The notes below the pieces were generated by a model, which did no database searches, was not told where the DNA came from, and was given only the letters and a program-made list of their open reading frames with translations. Shown here one piece after another: positions 55,277-64,000 of a stretch of DNA of 64,000 nt; within the stretch, counting starts at the first letter, position 1, and the number at the start of each line of letters is the position of its first letter. Origin of the DNA: Alistipes sp. (lineage in GTDB: Bacteria; Bacteroidota; Bacteroidia; Bacteroidales; Rikenellaceae); NCBI GenBank assembly GCA_045656505.1, contig JAZORI010000058.1:38173-102172 (forward strand). The letters run 5' to 3'. The position numbers were made by a program, and so were the translations under genes.

Positions 55277-55927
55277 CTATCTCTTTGTTACAACATTGTC
55301 AATCAGACCATAAGCCTTTGCCTCCTCGGCAGAGAGCCAGTAGTCGCGGTCTGCATCGTGCTCGATGGTTGCGTAATCCTTGCCGGTGTGGTAAGATAGG
55401 ATGTCGTACAACTCCTTCTTGAGGCGAAGAATCTCGCGTGCAGTAATCTCGATATCAGATGCCTGACCCTGAACGCCACCAAGTGGCTGGTGAATCATCA
55501 CTCGTGAGTGTGGCAGTGCACTTCGCTTGCCTGCAGCACCTGCGGTGAGCAGTACTGCACCCATAGAGGCAGCCATACCGGTACATGTTGTCGAAACATC
55601 GCACTGCGAGAGCTGCATGGTGTCGTAGATGCCAAGACCTGCCGAAACAGAGCCGCCAGGCGAGTTTACATATATCTGAATATCCTTCGTAGGGTCTGTT
55701 GACTCAAGGAAGAGAATCTGTGCCTGAATAATATTTGCGATATCGTCATTGATAGGTGTGCCCAGGAAGAGGATGCGCTCCATCATCAGACGGCTAAATA
55801 CATCCATCTGAGTCACATTGAGCTGACGCTCCTCAAGAATTGTCGGGTTGATATATGAACGATAGTCGTGTAGGGTGGTTGAGGTGATGCCGCAGCCCTT
55901 TACTGCGAATTTTTCAAACTCTTTCAT
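55277..55927 (-). CDS. clpP: ATP-dependent Clp protease proteolytic subunit
   Basis: [22 protein letters not shown]; start moved to ATG 55927 (MKEFEKF) because the longer ORF reads through a repeat. Confidence 0.95.
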   Translation of the reverse strand: MKEFEKFAVKGCGITSTTLHDYRSYINPTILEERQLNVTQMDVFSRLMMERILFLGTPINDDIANIIQAQILFLESTDPTKDIQIYVNSPGGSVSAGLGIYDTMQLSQCDVSTTCTGMAASMGAVLLTAGAAGKRSALPHSRVMIHQPLGGVQGQASDIEITAREILRLKKELYDILSYHTGKDYATIEHDADRDYWLSAEEAKAYGLIDNVVTKR

Positions 55928-55954
55928 GTCGTTTTCCTGTTGGTGGGGACACTG

Positions 55955-56060
55955 TAAAAAGCGAATTTCTGCGTTATACTCATTCTCGAAATCCTCATTT
56001 ACGCTCTTCAGTAAACTGCGGTTTCTCGAATTTCGCAAGCCTTGAACTTCAACTTTTTAT
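55955..56060 (+). repeat. Family A long palindromic repeat, copy 3 (tig-clpP spacer)
   Basis: Shares ATTTCTGCGTTA, AAATCCTCA, CTGCGGTTTCTCG and TTCGCAAGCCTTGAA with 23930-24042; apical TTTAC-GCTCTTCA-GTAAA. Confidence 0.85.
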
Positions 56061-56150
56061 CCGTTTCCATCTGTGTTGAAAAGAATCTAAGGACGAAAAA
56101 GACCCTGCAAGGAGATTCCTCGCAGAGCCTTATAATAGAGTGTACTACAA

Positions 56151-57476
56151 TTACAGGTTGCGAGCGATCTCTGCGAACTCGTCAGCAGATACAGCCTTCT
56201 CGGTAACCTTAACCTTAGCACGGATAGATGCGATAACCTTCTGCTCGTAGAGCTTTTCGTAGATGTGGTTCTTCTGCTCCTTGTTCTCGAGAATGTTCTT
56301 AGCAAAGTTAGCAACCATCTCCTCTGGTGCGTTAGGCATGCCGTACTGAGCGAACTGCATAGCTGCAAGATCCTTAGCCTCAGCTGTAGCCTCCTCCTCA
56401 GTTACGTTAATCTGCTCTGCAGTGATAATCTGGCGCTGGATGTAGTTCCAAGAGAACATCTTGATAAAGCCATCGAAATCCTTCTCGATATCCTCCATAG
56501 TGAACTTACCCTCGTTGATAGTGTAGAGCCAACGCTTGAGGAACTCGGTAGGCATAGCGAGTGCAGCCTTCTCGAGCATGAAGTTGCGAACAGTTGCAGC
56601 AAACATATAGTCGCACTCGCGAACCATCTCACCCTCGATCTGAGCGTCGATGTAAGCGTCAAGACCCTCCTTGTCGGTAACGTTACCCTCTGGGAATGCA
56701 GTCTTGAAGAACTCCTCGTTGATCTCAGGGTTTGCGAACTGACGAATCATAGTGATCTCAAGCTCGAACTCTGGGTTGATAGAAGCAAGCTCCTCCTCCT
56801 TTACGTGGAGCATAGCAGCGCGCTGTGCAGCTGAAGAGTACATCTCGTTGATGTTGATAGTGGTCTTGTAACCAACCTTCTTACCAATCCAAGGCTTGCG
56901 CTCCTCGTCAGACATAGAGATAAGACCAACGTAAGCATCCTCAACACGGAGCTCACCGTTGTCGAGAGTTACAGTCAGTGCCTCATCCTTCTTAACCTTG
57001 TCAACCTCTACGAGCTTACCGAAACGACGGAGGAAGTTGTCGAGGAAGTTCTTGTGCATATCCTTGCTGATCTTAATCTTGTGGTAAGTCAGCTTGTCCT
57101 TAGAAGTGAGCTCAACCTCGTACTTTGGAGCCTCACCAATCTCGAACATAAACTCGAACTCGGTAGAGTTGTCAAAGTCGAAAGCACCCTGCTCCTCTGC
57201 TGGGATAACATCACCGATATAGTCGATGTTCTCCTTCTGCAGGTACTCAAAAACTGCATTTGAAGCTGTGCGGTAAGACTGCTCAGCAACAACGCCCTTG
57301 CCATACATCTTGCGTACAATGCCCATAGGAACCATACCTGGACGGAAACCAGGGATGTTAGCCTTGCGCTTGTAGTCGTGCAGCATCTTCTCTACTGCCT
57401 CCTTGTAGTCAGCCTCGCCAACTACAACCTTGAGCAGTGATACGCCCTGCTCCTTCTGTACTCTTGTAATCTCCAT
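56151..57476 (-). CDS. tig: Trigger factor
   Basis: IPGFRPGMVP ribosome-binding motif; 441 aa; upstream of clpP-clpX. Confidence 0.93.
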   Translation of the reverse strand: MEITRVQKEQGVSLLKVVVGEADYKEAVEKMLHDYKRKANIPGFRPGMVPMGIVRKMYGKGVVAEQSYRTASNAVFEYLQKENIDYIGDVIPAEEQGAFDFDNSTEFEFMFEIGEAPKYEVELTSKDKLTYHKIKISKDMHKNFLDNFLRRFGKLVEVDKVKKDEALTVTLDNGELRVEDAYVGLISMSDEERKPWIGKKVGYKTTININEMYSSAAQRAAMLHVKEEELASINPEFELEITMIRQFANPEINEEFFKTAFPEGNVTDKEGLDAYIDAQIEGEMVRECDYMFAATVRNFMLEKAALAMPTEFLKRWLYTINEGKFTMEDIEKDFDGFIKMFSWNYIQRQIITAEQINVTEEEATAEAKDLAAMQFAQYGMPNAPEEMVANFAKNILENKEQKNHIYEKLYEQKVIASIRAKVKVTEKAVSADEFAEIARNL

Positions 57477-57587
57477 AGTTGTATATTTTTAATTTGTCTA
57501 AATTCTCGTGCCAAAGTAGCGCGCAAAGATACAAATTTTTTTCGGAAATTACATAACTTCGCCTAATATTTCGTACCTTTGCACTAT

Positions 57588-58373
57588 ATGAAGGCGATAT
57601 TTTATACTCTTGCAGCCTGTGTGATGGTTGTTTCGTGTGGCGGTGCGCGCTCTAAGTCAAAATCTCAGAGCACAGTTGTCGCCCCGCAAATGGTAGATAT
57701 AGAGGTGGTTAATAGTTTTAGCCATCAGACAGATGCCTACACACAGGGTCTGCAGTTTGTAGATGGTGTGATGTGGGAGGGTACGGGTGAGTATGGCCGC
57801 TCACGCCTGCAATATACAGATATGGCTACCGGAAAGACAACTGTCGTATCTACACTGCCAAAGGAGCACTTCGGTGAGGGTATAACCCTGCTTGGGGATA
57901 AGATATATCAGCTTACGTGGCAGAATGGCGTGATGCACATCTACGACAGACAGAGCCTCCGTAAGCTTGACCAGAAGCACTACAAGGGCGAGGGCTGGGG
58001 CCTTACAACAGATGGGCAGTGGCTCTATATGTCTGACGGTACGCCAGATATTCGTGTGCTCGACCCACAGACTCTTGAGGTGAAACGCCGCATAGGTGTG
58101 GTGTGCAATGGCTCGTCACTTCCGTACCTTAATGAATTGGAGTGGATTGATGGTAAGATTTGGGCAAATGTCTATACGCTTGACCAGATTGTGGTAATCA
58201 ATCCCGACAACGGAGTGGTTGAGAAGATTGTGAACTTAGAGGGAATATTGCCAGAGAGTGAGAGAACCGTAACAACAGATGTGCTGAACGGAATAGCATA
58301 CGACAGCGAGCACAGACGTATATTTGTTACGGGTAAGAATTGGAGTAAATTATTTGAAATCAGATTATTATGA
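57588..58373 (+). CDS. Glutaminyl-peptide cyclotransferase (beta-propeller type), lipoprotein
   Basis: YTQGL, FGEGI, EGWGL, LNELE, VLNGIA; start moved to ATG 57588, downstream of TACCTTTG at 57574-57581. Confidence 0.88.
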   Translation: MKAIFYTLAACVMVVSCGGARSKSKSQSTVVAPQMVDIEVVNSFSHQTDAYTQGLQFVDGVMWEGTGEYGRSRLQYTDMATGKTTVVSTLPKEHFGEGITLLGDKIYQLTWQNGVMHIYDRQSLRKLDQKHYKGEGWGLTTDGQWLYMSDGTPDIRVLDPQTLEVKRRIGVVCNGSSLPYLNELEWIDGKIWANVYTLDQIVVINPDNGVVEKIVNLEGILPESERTVTTDVLNGIAYDSEHRRIFVTGKNWSKLFEIRLL

Positions 58374-59464
58374 ATCCAATAGAGTTTCGTAGAGAGATTC
58401 ATCGCCACCCAGAGCTCTCGTTTGCAGAGTATCGCACGGCAGAGTTTATTGAGGCAGCACTTGCCGCTGAAGGTATCGCTTGCCGCCGTGTTGCAGAGAC
58501 GGGTGTGTTGGCTGTAATTGAGGGTAGGGGAGATATTACACGTGCAGTGGTTCTTCGTGCCGATATAGATGCTCTTCCGATAGAGGAGGCGACGGGCTTG
58601 GAGTACGCCTCCGTAAATAGAGGTGTGATGCACGCTTGTGGTCACGATATGCACGCAGCTATACTCTTTGGTGCGCTGCAGCGACTAAATAGGGAGCGAA
58701 ATTTTGAGGGTACTATCTTTGGGCTCTTTCAGCCGGGTGAGGAGTGTACTCCGGGTGGTGCGTCAAAGGTCTTGGCGGAGCGTCCATTTGATGGTTACAA
58801 GGTGGTGGCTGTCATCGGTAATCATACAGATAGCGGGCTTGAAGTTGGGCAGATAGGCCTTTGCGAGGGGCCGTTTATGGCGTCAAATGACGAGTTGCGT
58901 TTCTATGTTCGTGGTCGAGGTGGCCATGGGGCAATGCGTGATAAGATAGATGATACTGTGGCTGCTGCTGCCAATATAGTTACAAGGGTTAACTGCCTAA
59001 ATGATAGCGATTTGGTGCTCTCTATCGGTAAGATTCAGGCTGATGGAGCGACAAATATCATCCCAGATATTGTCTATATGGAGGGTACGATGCGTACCTT
59101 TGACCAGAAGCTCCGCGAGAGTATATGGGAGGAGGTTGAGGCTGTTGCTGCAGATGTAGATTCGCACTTCGGTACTACGACAGAGGTGGTTGTGGGTCAT
59201 GGTTATCCGTGCGTGGTAAACGATGGTCTGCTGACAGACCTTGTGCGTGGCATTGCAGCCGAGAAGTACGAGGCAGTGGAGCTTACAAGACGCTATACAG
59301 CGGAGGATTTTGGATTCTATACAACGGAGTATCCGTCAATATTCTACCGCTTGGGTGTCGGTACGGCAGCGGGTCGTAGCCACACATCGACCTTTGCCCC
59401 TGATGAGAGGGCTATAGAGGTTGGTGTAGATGTGATGGCTACAGTAGCTGTAAAGGTTAAATAG
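58370..59464 (+). CDS. M20D amidohydrolase
   Basis: HRHPELS, LRADIDALP, HACGHD, FQPGEE, AEDF. Confidence 0.9.
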   Translation: MNPIEFRREIHRHPELSFAEYRTAEFIEAALAAEGIACRRVAETGVLAVIEGRGDITRAVVLRADIDALPIEEATGLEYASVNRGVMHACGHDMHAAILFGALQRLNRERNFEGTIFGLFQPGEECTPGGASKVLAERPFDGYKVVAVIGNHTDSGLEVGQIGLCEGPFMASNDELRFYVRGRGGHGAMRDKIDDTVAAAANIVTRVNCLNDSDLVLSIGKIQADGATNIIPDIVYMEGTMRTFDQKLRESIWEEVEAVAADVDSHFGTTTEVVVGHGYPCVVNDGLLTDLVRGIAAEKYEAVELTRRYTAEDFGFYTTEYPSIFYRLGVGTAAGRSHTSTFAPDERAIEVGVDVMATVAVKVK

Positions 59465-59467
59465 GTT

Positions 59468-61666
59468 ATGGCAAAGAAGAAAAAAAATAGACGCGAGTCA
59501 TTTAGTGACCGCGCAAGTTTTATAGTCGGCATGTTCCGTGAGCAGCCGGAGCGCAAGTTTACGCTTAAGGGGCTTGCTGCAGCATCGGGCGGAGCAGATA
59601 AGGTCGGCAGAGATATGACCAAGAGCATCCTCGATACGCTGCTTGAGCAGGGTTATATCGAGAGCGAGGGACGTGGTAACTACCACCTGTCAAGGAGTAA
59701 ATTGCCTCGATATCAGGGTGTTGCAGATATGAGTAACAATGGCAATCTCTATGTCTCTACAGACGAGTTGCCATCAGATGTGTTTATACACTCGCGAAAC
59801 TCAAAGCACGCACTCAATGGCGATAAGGTTGAGTTTGTCGTAACACATACGGCTCGCACAGGTGCTCTTGAGGGTGAGATTACGAAGATTATTGAGCGTA
59901 GCGACCGCTGTTATGCAGGTGTTGCGGAGGTGGTGTCGAAGAGCGCAATTGTAGTTGCGCCTGACTCGCGACGCTTGCCAGTAGATATATATCTGTCGCG
60001 CAAAAAGTATCCGAAGGTCAAGACGGGCGACAAGGTCGCTGTGCGTATTGCGCAGTGGTATGACGGAGATCAGATGCCGATAGGCGAGTTGGTGGATATA
60101 TTGGGTACTACGGGCGATAATGATGCCGAGATGCACGCCATACTGCTTGAGTATGACCTTCCGTATAAGTTTGAGGAGCATATTGAGCAGGCTGCGGCCG
60201 AGATAGATGGTACAATTACGGCTAAGGATTATGCCGAGCGCAGAGATATGCGTGATGTGCCGACCCTTACTATCGACCCTGCAGATGCAAAGGACTTTGA
60301 TGATGCCCTCTCTGTAAGACCGTTGGGCAATGGTCAGTGGGAGGTCGGTGTACATATTGCCGATGTGACTCACTATGTTCGTCCTGGTAGTGTTATTGAT
60401 GACGAGGCGTTGGAGCGCGGAACATCTGTCTATTTGGTCGATAGAACAATCCCGATGTTGCCCGAGAGGCTCTCAAATGAGCTCTGTTCGCTGCGCCCGA
60501 ATGAGGAGAAACTCTGCTTCTCTGCAATATTTGTTATAGACGAGAAGCTCAAGATTGTAAGCGAGTGGTTTGGTCGTACCGTAATATACTCAAATCGCAG
60601 ATTTACATACGAGGAGGCTCAGCAGATTATAGAGAGTGGCGAGGGAGAGATGAAAGATGAGATTCTGACCCTTCACCGCTTGGCTCAGGGGCTGCGTAAG
60701 GAGCGATATCGTAAGGGTGCTATTGCCTTTAATCGCCGCGAGGCTAAGTTCCATCTTGACGAGCAGGGTAAGCCTACGGGGGTATATTTCAAGGTTCAGA
60801 AGGAGGCTAATCAGCTCATTGAGGAGTTTATGTTGCTTGCAAATCGCCGTGTGGCTACATTCTGCGCAAAGCGTAACGGCAAGCCACGCACAATGGTCTT
60901 CCGAGTGCATGATGAGCCAAATAGCGAGAAGTTCGAGCGTTTCCGTACCTTCATCCTCCGTTTTGGTCATCTCTTTAAGGCTCAGAAGGGTCTTGCAGTG
61001 GCAAAAGAGCTCAATCAGCTTATGTCTGATATCAAAGGCAAGGTCGAGGAGAATGTTGTCGGTCTGTTGGCTATCCGCTCAATGTCAAAGGCGGTATATA
61101 CAACTGCCAATATCGGCCACTACGGACTTGCTTTCCCATATTACACCCACTTCACCTCGCCAATTCGTCGCTATCCCGATATGATGGTGCACCGTCTGTT
61201 GCAGCGCTATTTGGATGGCGGTAAGAGTGCAGACCAGGATGCCCTTGAGGCACTTTGTGAGCACTCGTCTGAGCGAGAGGTGGTAGCTGCCGAGGCAGAA
61301 CGCGCATCTATTAAGTATAAGATGGTCGAGTTTATGGCAGACAAGGTCGGTCAGGAGTTTGATGGCCATATCTCAGGTATGTCCGAGTGGGGTATATTTG
61401 TGGAGCTGGAGAACTCAATTGTTGAGGGTATGGTGGCTATGCGAGATATCGTTGGCGACTACTACCGCTTCGATGAGGCACGCTACGAGGTCTATGGACA
61501 CTCTACAGGTAACGTCTTTACGCTTGGTGATAAGGTGCGAGTAAGGGTAAAGAGCGCCGATTTGCGCCGCCGAATGCTCGACTTTACATTCACTGAGGTG
61601 GATGGTGAGCTCATCGAGGAGCCGACAATAACATTTAATGATAAGGTAAAGAGGGGCAGAAGATAA
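59468..61666 (+). CDS. rnr: Ribonuclease R
   Basis: TIDPADAKDFDDALS, IEEFML, HFTSPIRRYPD; C-terminal S1 domain. Confidence 0.95.
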   Translation: MAKKKKNRRESFSDRASFIVGMFREQPERKFTLKGLAAASGGADKVGRDMTKSILDTLLEQGYIESEGRGNYHLSRSKLPRYQGVADMSNNGNLYVSTDELPSDVFIHSRNSKHALNGDKVEFVVTHTARTGALEGEITKIIERSDRCYAGVAEVVSKSAIVVAPDSRRLPVDIYLSRKKYPKVKTGDKVAVRIAQWYDGDQMPIGELVDILGTTGDNDAEMHAILLEYDLPYKFEEHIEQAAAEIDGTITAKDYAERRDMRDVPTLTIDPADAKDFDDALSVRPLGNGQWEVGVHIADVTHYVRPGSVIDDEALERGTSVYLVDRTIPMLPERLSNELCSLRPNEEKLCFSAIFVIDEKLKIVSEWFGRTVIYSNRRFTYEEAQQIIESGEGEMKDEILTLHRLAQGLRKERYRKGAIAFNRREAKFHLDEQGKPTGVYFKVQKEANQLIEEFMLLANRRVATFCAKRNGKPRTMVFRVHDEPNSEKFERFRTFILRFGHLFKAQKGLAVAKELNQLMSDIKGKVEENVVGLLAIRSMSKAVYTTANIGHYGLAFPYYTHFTSPIRRYPDMMVHRLLQRYLDGGKSADQDALEALCEHSSEREVVAAEAERASIKYKMVEFMADKVGQEFDGHISGMSEWGIFVELENSIVEGMVAMRDIVGDYYRFDEARYEVYGHSTGNVFTLGDKVRVRVKSADLRRRMLDFTFTEVDGELIEEPTITFNDKVKRGRR

Positions 61667-61667
61667 C

Positions 61668-62765
61668 ATGCTGACACTGAAAGATATATACCGCAAGTCA
61701 CACGATGGCCAGATGCTCACCCTTGATGAGGCGTGGTTGCTCTATAGCACCGCCCCTCTCGAGGAACTTGCAGCTCAGGCCGATCTGCTGCGACAGAAGA
61801 TGGTGCCGGATCCGAGCGTTGTGACTTGGCAGATAGACCGCAATGTCAATACTACAAATGTCTGCACATCGGGCTGCCTGTTCTGTAACTTCCATTGCAA
61901 GCCGCACCAGACAGACAAGCACTTTATAACATCAATAGACGAGTACTGCCAAAAGATAGACGCAATGGTTGCCCTGGGTGGCAATCAGCTACTTCTGCAG
62001 GGTGGAATGCACCCAAAACTCGGAATTGAGTTCTACGAGGAGCTGTTCCGTGAGCTGAAACGTCGCTATCCTACACTGCGCCTCAATGCTTTGGGAGCAC
62101 CTGAGGTTGCACATATTGCTAAGATTAGCGGAATCTCAACGCAGACAACCTTAGAACGCCTTGTGGCTGCGGGCCTTAACTCTCTGCCGGGGGCTGGTGC
62201 AGAGATTTTGGTGCCGAGGGTGCGCAAAATTATCTCGCCCGCAAAGCCGAGCGTGGAGCAGTGGCTTGAAGTTATGCATCAGGCTCATATGATGAATATC
62301 CCAACCACAGCAACCATGATGTATGGCCATGTTGAGACCCCGCAAGAGCGCGTTGAACACCTTATCCGCCTTCGTGACCTGCAGGCCGATGTGCCCGCAG
62401 GAAATTATGGATTTATCGCCTTCATCCCATGGATATTCTGCTCGCACGGCACTCAACTCGAAAAGAGAGGTGTCATTTCGCACTTTTCACCCCTTGAGTA
62501 TATCCGTATTATCGCCACCGCACGACTTGTGCTCAATAATATCCGTAACATCCAAGCCTCATGGCTCACCGTCGGTAAGCAGACCGCTCAACTCGCCCTC
62601 CATAGTGGCGCCAACGACTTCGGCTCCATCATGATTGAGGAGAATGTCGTAAGCTCCGCCGGCGCCTCAAACCGATTCGATAAAGAGGGTATTCAGCAGG
62701 CAATCCGCGAGGCGGGGTTTATTCCACGTCTCCGCGACCAACTCTATAATATTTTATCGTTATAG
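61668..62765 (+). CDS. mqnC: Cyclic dehypoxanthine futalosine synthase (futalosine menaquinone pathway), radical SAM
   Basis: RNVNTTNVCTSGCLFC, LLQGG, SLPGAGAEIL, GANDFGS, EENVV. Confidence 0.8.
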   Translation: MLTLKDIYRKSHDGQMLTLDEAWLLYSTAPLEELAAQADLLRQKMVPDPSVVTWQIDRNVNTTNVCTSGCLFCNFHCKPHQTDKHFITSIDEYCQKIDAMVALGGNQLLLQGGMHPKLGIEFYEELFRELKRRYPTLRLNALGAPEVAHIAKISGISTQTTLERLVAAGLNSLPGAGAEILVPRVRKIISPAKPSVEQWLEVMHQAHMMNIPTTATMMYGHVETPQERVEHLIRLRDLQADVPAGNYGFIAFIPWIFCSHGTQLEKRGVISHFSPLEYIRIIATARLVLNNIRNIQASWLTVGKQTAQLALHSGANDFGSIMIEENVVSSAGASNRFDKEGIQQAIREAGFIPRLRDQLYNILSL

Positions 62766-62877
62766 TGGCGCATTTGCGGCACATCCCTTAAAAACCAACG
62801 GCGGCTGTACGTTTTGAGTACTATCCGCCGTTGCTTTTTTGCACGATGCACCATCTCTAACACGTTTTGACAACAAA
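62752..62877 (+). repeat. Family B long palindromic repeat, copy 4 (overlaps mqnC stop)
   Basis: TTTTATCGTTATAGTGGCGCATTTGC matches copy 2; apical GTAC-GTTTTGA-GTAC; ends TTTGACAACAAA. Confidence 0.85.
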
Positions 62878-62940
62878 TTGGTGCAAGATATAGGGTAGTG
62901 CTGTACTGCGTAGCCGTGAAACCAGTGCAATTGGTGCACC

Positions 62941-62997
62941 TCGGAGCGAAGCGACTAAGCCCCCTTTTTTCAAAAGGGGGGGTGGGGGATATGTAAA
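62941..62997 (+). repeat. Module D palindromic repeat, second copy
   Basis: TCGGAGCGAAGCGACTAAGCCCCCTTTTTTCAAAAGGGGGG...ATGTAAA. Confidence 0.85.
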
Positions 62998-63065
62998 TAT
63001 AATTGTAAAGTATTAGCATCGGTAGAGTTTTCGGATTTAGGTTTGCCATCGGAGATGGCACAATA

Positions 63066-63118
63066 AAAATAGTCCTCTAAGGTCAAGCTCGCTTGAAACC
63101 GAAAGGGGACTATTTTTT
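63066..63118. terminator. Bidirectional terminator with embedded module E
   Basis: AAAAATAGTCCTCT...AGGGGACTATTTTTT; loop contains GTCAAGCTCGCTTGAA (compare 43536-43551). Confidence 0.7.
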
Positions 63119-63160
63119 ATTGAATAGCCGTAGGCTATCCTAAATTCGTAACAGCAAAGG

Positions 63161-64000
63161 CTACTCCTTCTTCAAACCCATCTGGTCGATAAGGGCCTGA
63201 GTCTGAGGCTTGTGGCCGCGGAACTCGACGTAGAGATCCATTGGGTGAACCTGACCTCCTGAAGAGAGGAGCTTGCGGAATGCGGCTGCGGTCTTGCTGT
63301 CGAAGATGCCGTTCTGCTGGAAGAGCGAGAAGCCGTCAGCAGCGAGTACCTCTGCCCACTTATAGCCGTAGTAGCCAGCTGCATAACCACCAGAGAAGAT
63401 GTGGCCGAATGCGCCTGCCATAGCTGTGCCCTCGATTGCAGGAACAACATTTGTTGACTCCATAGATGCCTTCTCGAATGCCTCTACGCAACCAGTATAT
63501 GGCTCCTTGAGTGTGTGCCATGCCATATCGGTAAGACCGAATGAGAGCTGGCGGATATTGCTATATGCTGCCATATAGTTCTTTGCTGCAACAATCTTCT
63601 CGATAAGCTCTGCCGGCATAGTCTCACCAGTCTGGTAGTGCTTAGCCCACAGGTCGAGATACTCCTTCTCGTATGCCCAGTTCTCCATAATCTGAGATGG
63701 GAGCTCAACAAAGTCACGATATACGCTTGTGCCGTTGAGGCTCTCGTACTTACCCTTTGCAAGCATGCCGTGGAGTGAGTGGCCAAACTCGTGGAGGAAT
63801 GTAGTGAACTCGTCAAAGGTGAGCAGTGACGGTGTAGTCTCTGTTGGCTTTGTGAAGTTCATTACAAGAGATACGAGCGGACGAACCTCAGTGCCGTTAT
63901 TTACGCTTGTGCCACGGAACTCGGTCATCCATGCGCCAGAACGCTTGCTCTCACGTGGGAAGAAGTCGAGGTAGAGGACTGCAAGGTGCTCACCAGTGCC
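63161..64000 (-). CDS. dcp: M3 family peptidyl-dipeptidase Dcp, 5' end beyond the window
   Basis: LYLDFFPRESKRSGAWM, HEFGHSLH, DFVELPSQ.MENW, YYGYKWAEVL; frame open to the window edge. Confidence 0.92.
   Translation of the reverse strand, partial: GTGEHLAVLYLDFFPRESKRSGAWMTEFRGTSVNNGTEVRPLVSLVMNFTKPTETTPSLLTFDEFTTFLHEFGHSLHGMLAKGKYESLNGTSVYRDFVELPSQIMENWAYEKEYLDLWAKHYQTGETMPAELIEKIVAAKNYMAAYSNIRQLSFGLTDMAWHTLKEPYTGCVEAFEKASMESTNVVPAIEGTAMAGAFGHIFSGGYAAGYYGYKWAEVLAADGFSLFQQNGIFDSKTAAAFRKLLSSGGQVHPMDLYVEFRGHKPQTQALIDQMGLKKE

Noticed and set aside
62876-62938. 10-bp direct repeat AATTGGTGCA as a target-site duplication
   Set aside because: It flanks a 43-nt spacer rather than a defined module and has no counterpart at other copies.

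Overview
64 kb of a Bacteroidota chromosome (TAnnTTTG -7 promoter boxes throughout). Gene content (futalosine-pathway MqnC, class II RNR, large modular lipoproteins) suggests Bacteroidales, probably Alistipes/Rikenellaceae-like; that placement is inference. Most of the window is housekeeping: nrdJ, DPP-IV, hup-bS22-rng-mfd, coaX-lptC-ppiD, tkt, tig-clpP-clpX, rnr, mqnC and a partial dcp. An accessory stretch (about 12.3-29.2 kb) follows tRNA-Thr(GGT). It holds mosaic surface proteins (LRR, CAP, Firmicutes-like SLH), an EVE-like/(p)ppGpp-hydrolase-like HD fusion, and an active plus apparently inactive esterase pair. Several enzymes that could feed fructose-6-phosphate (MtlD, KbaZ/GatZ, AlsE-like epimerase, class II aldolase) are scattered over 11-37 kb. 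The most unusual signal is non-coding: modular intergenic palindromic repeats. These are two families of 105-127-nt hairpins that diverge in sequence but keep fixed bulges or mismatches and G...A-closed loops, plus GNA-triloop mini-hairpins, AGCYAAT heptamer runs and a sequence-related terminator family, nearly all with the same + strand polarity. One module sits between two exact 81-bp copies of the coaX 5' end. No integrase, transposase, reverse transcriptase or CRISPR array is visible. All calls come from manual motif reading; no searches were run.
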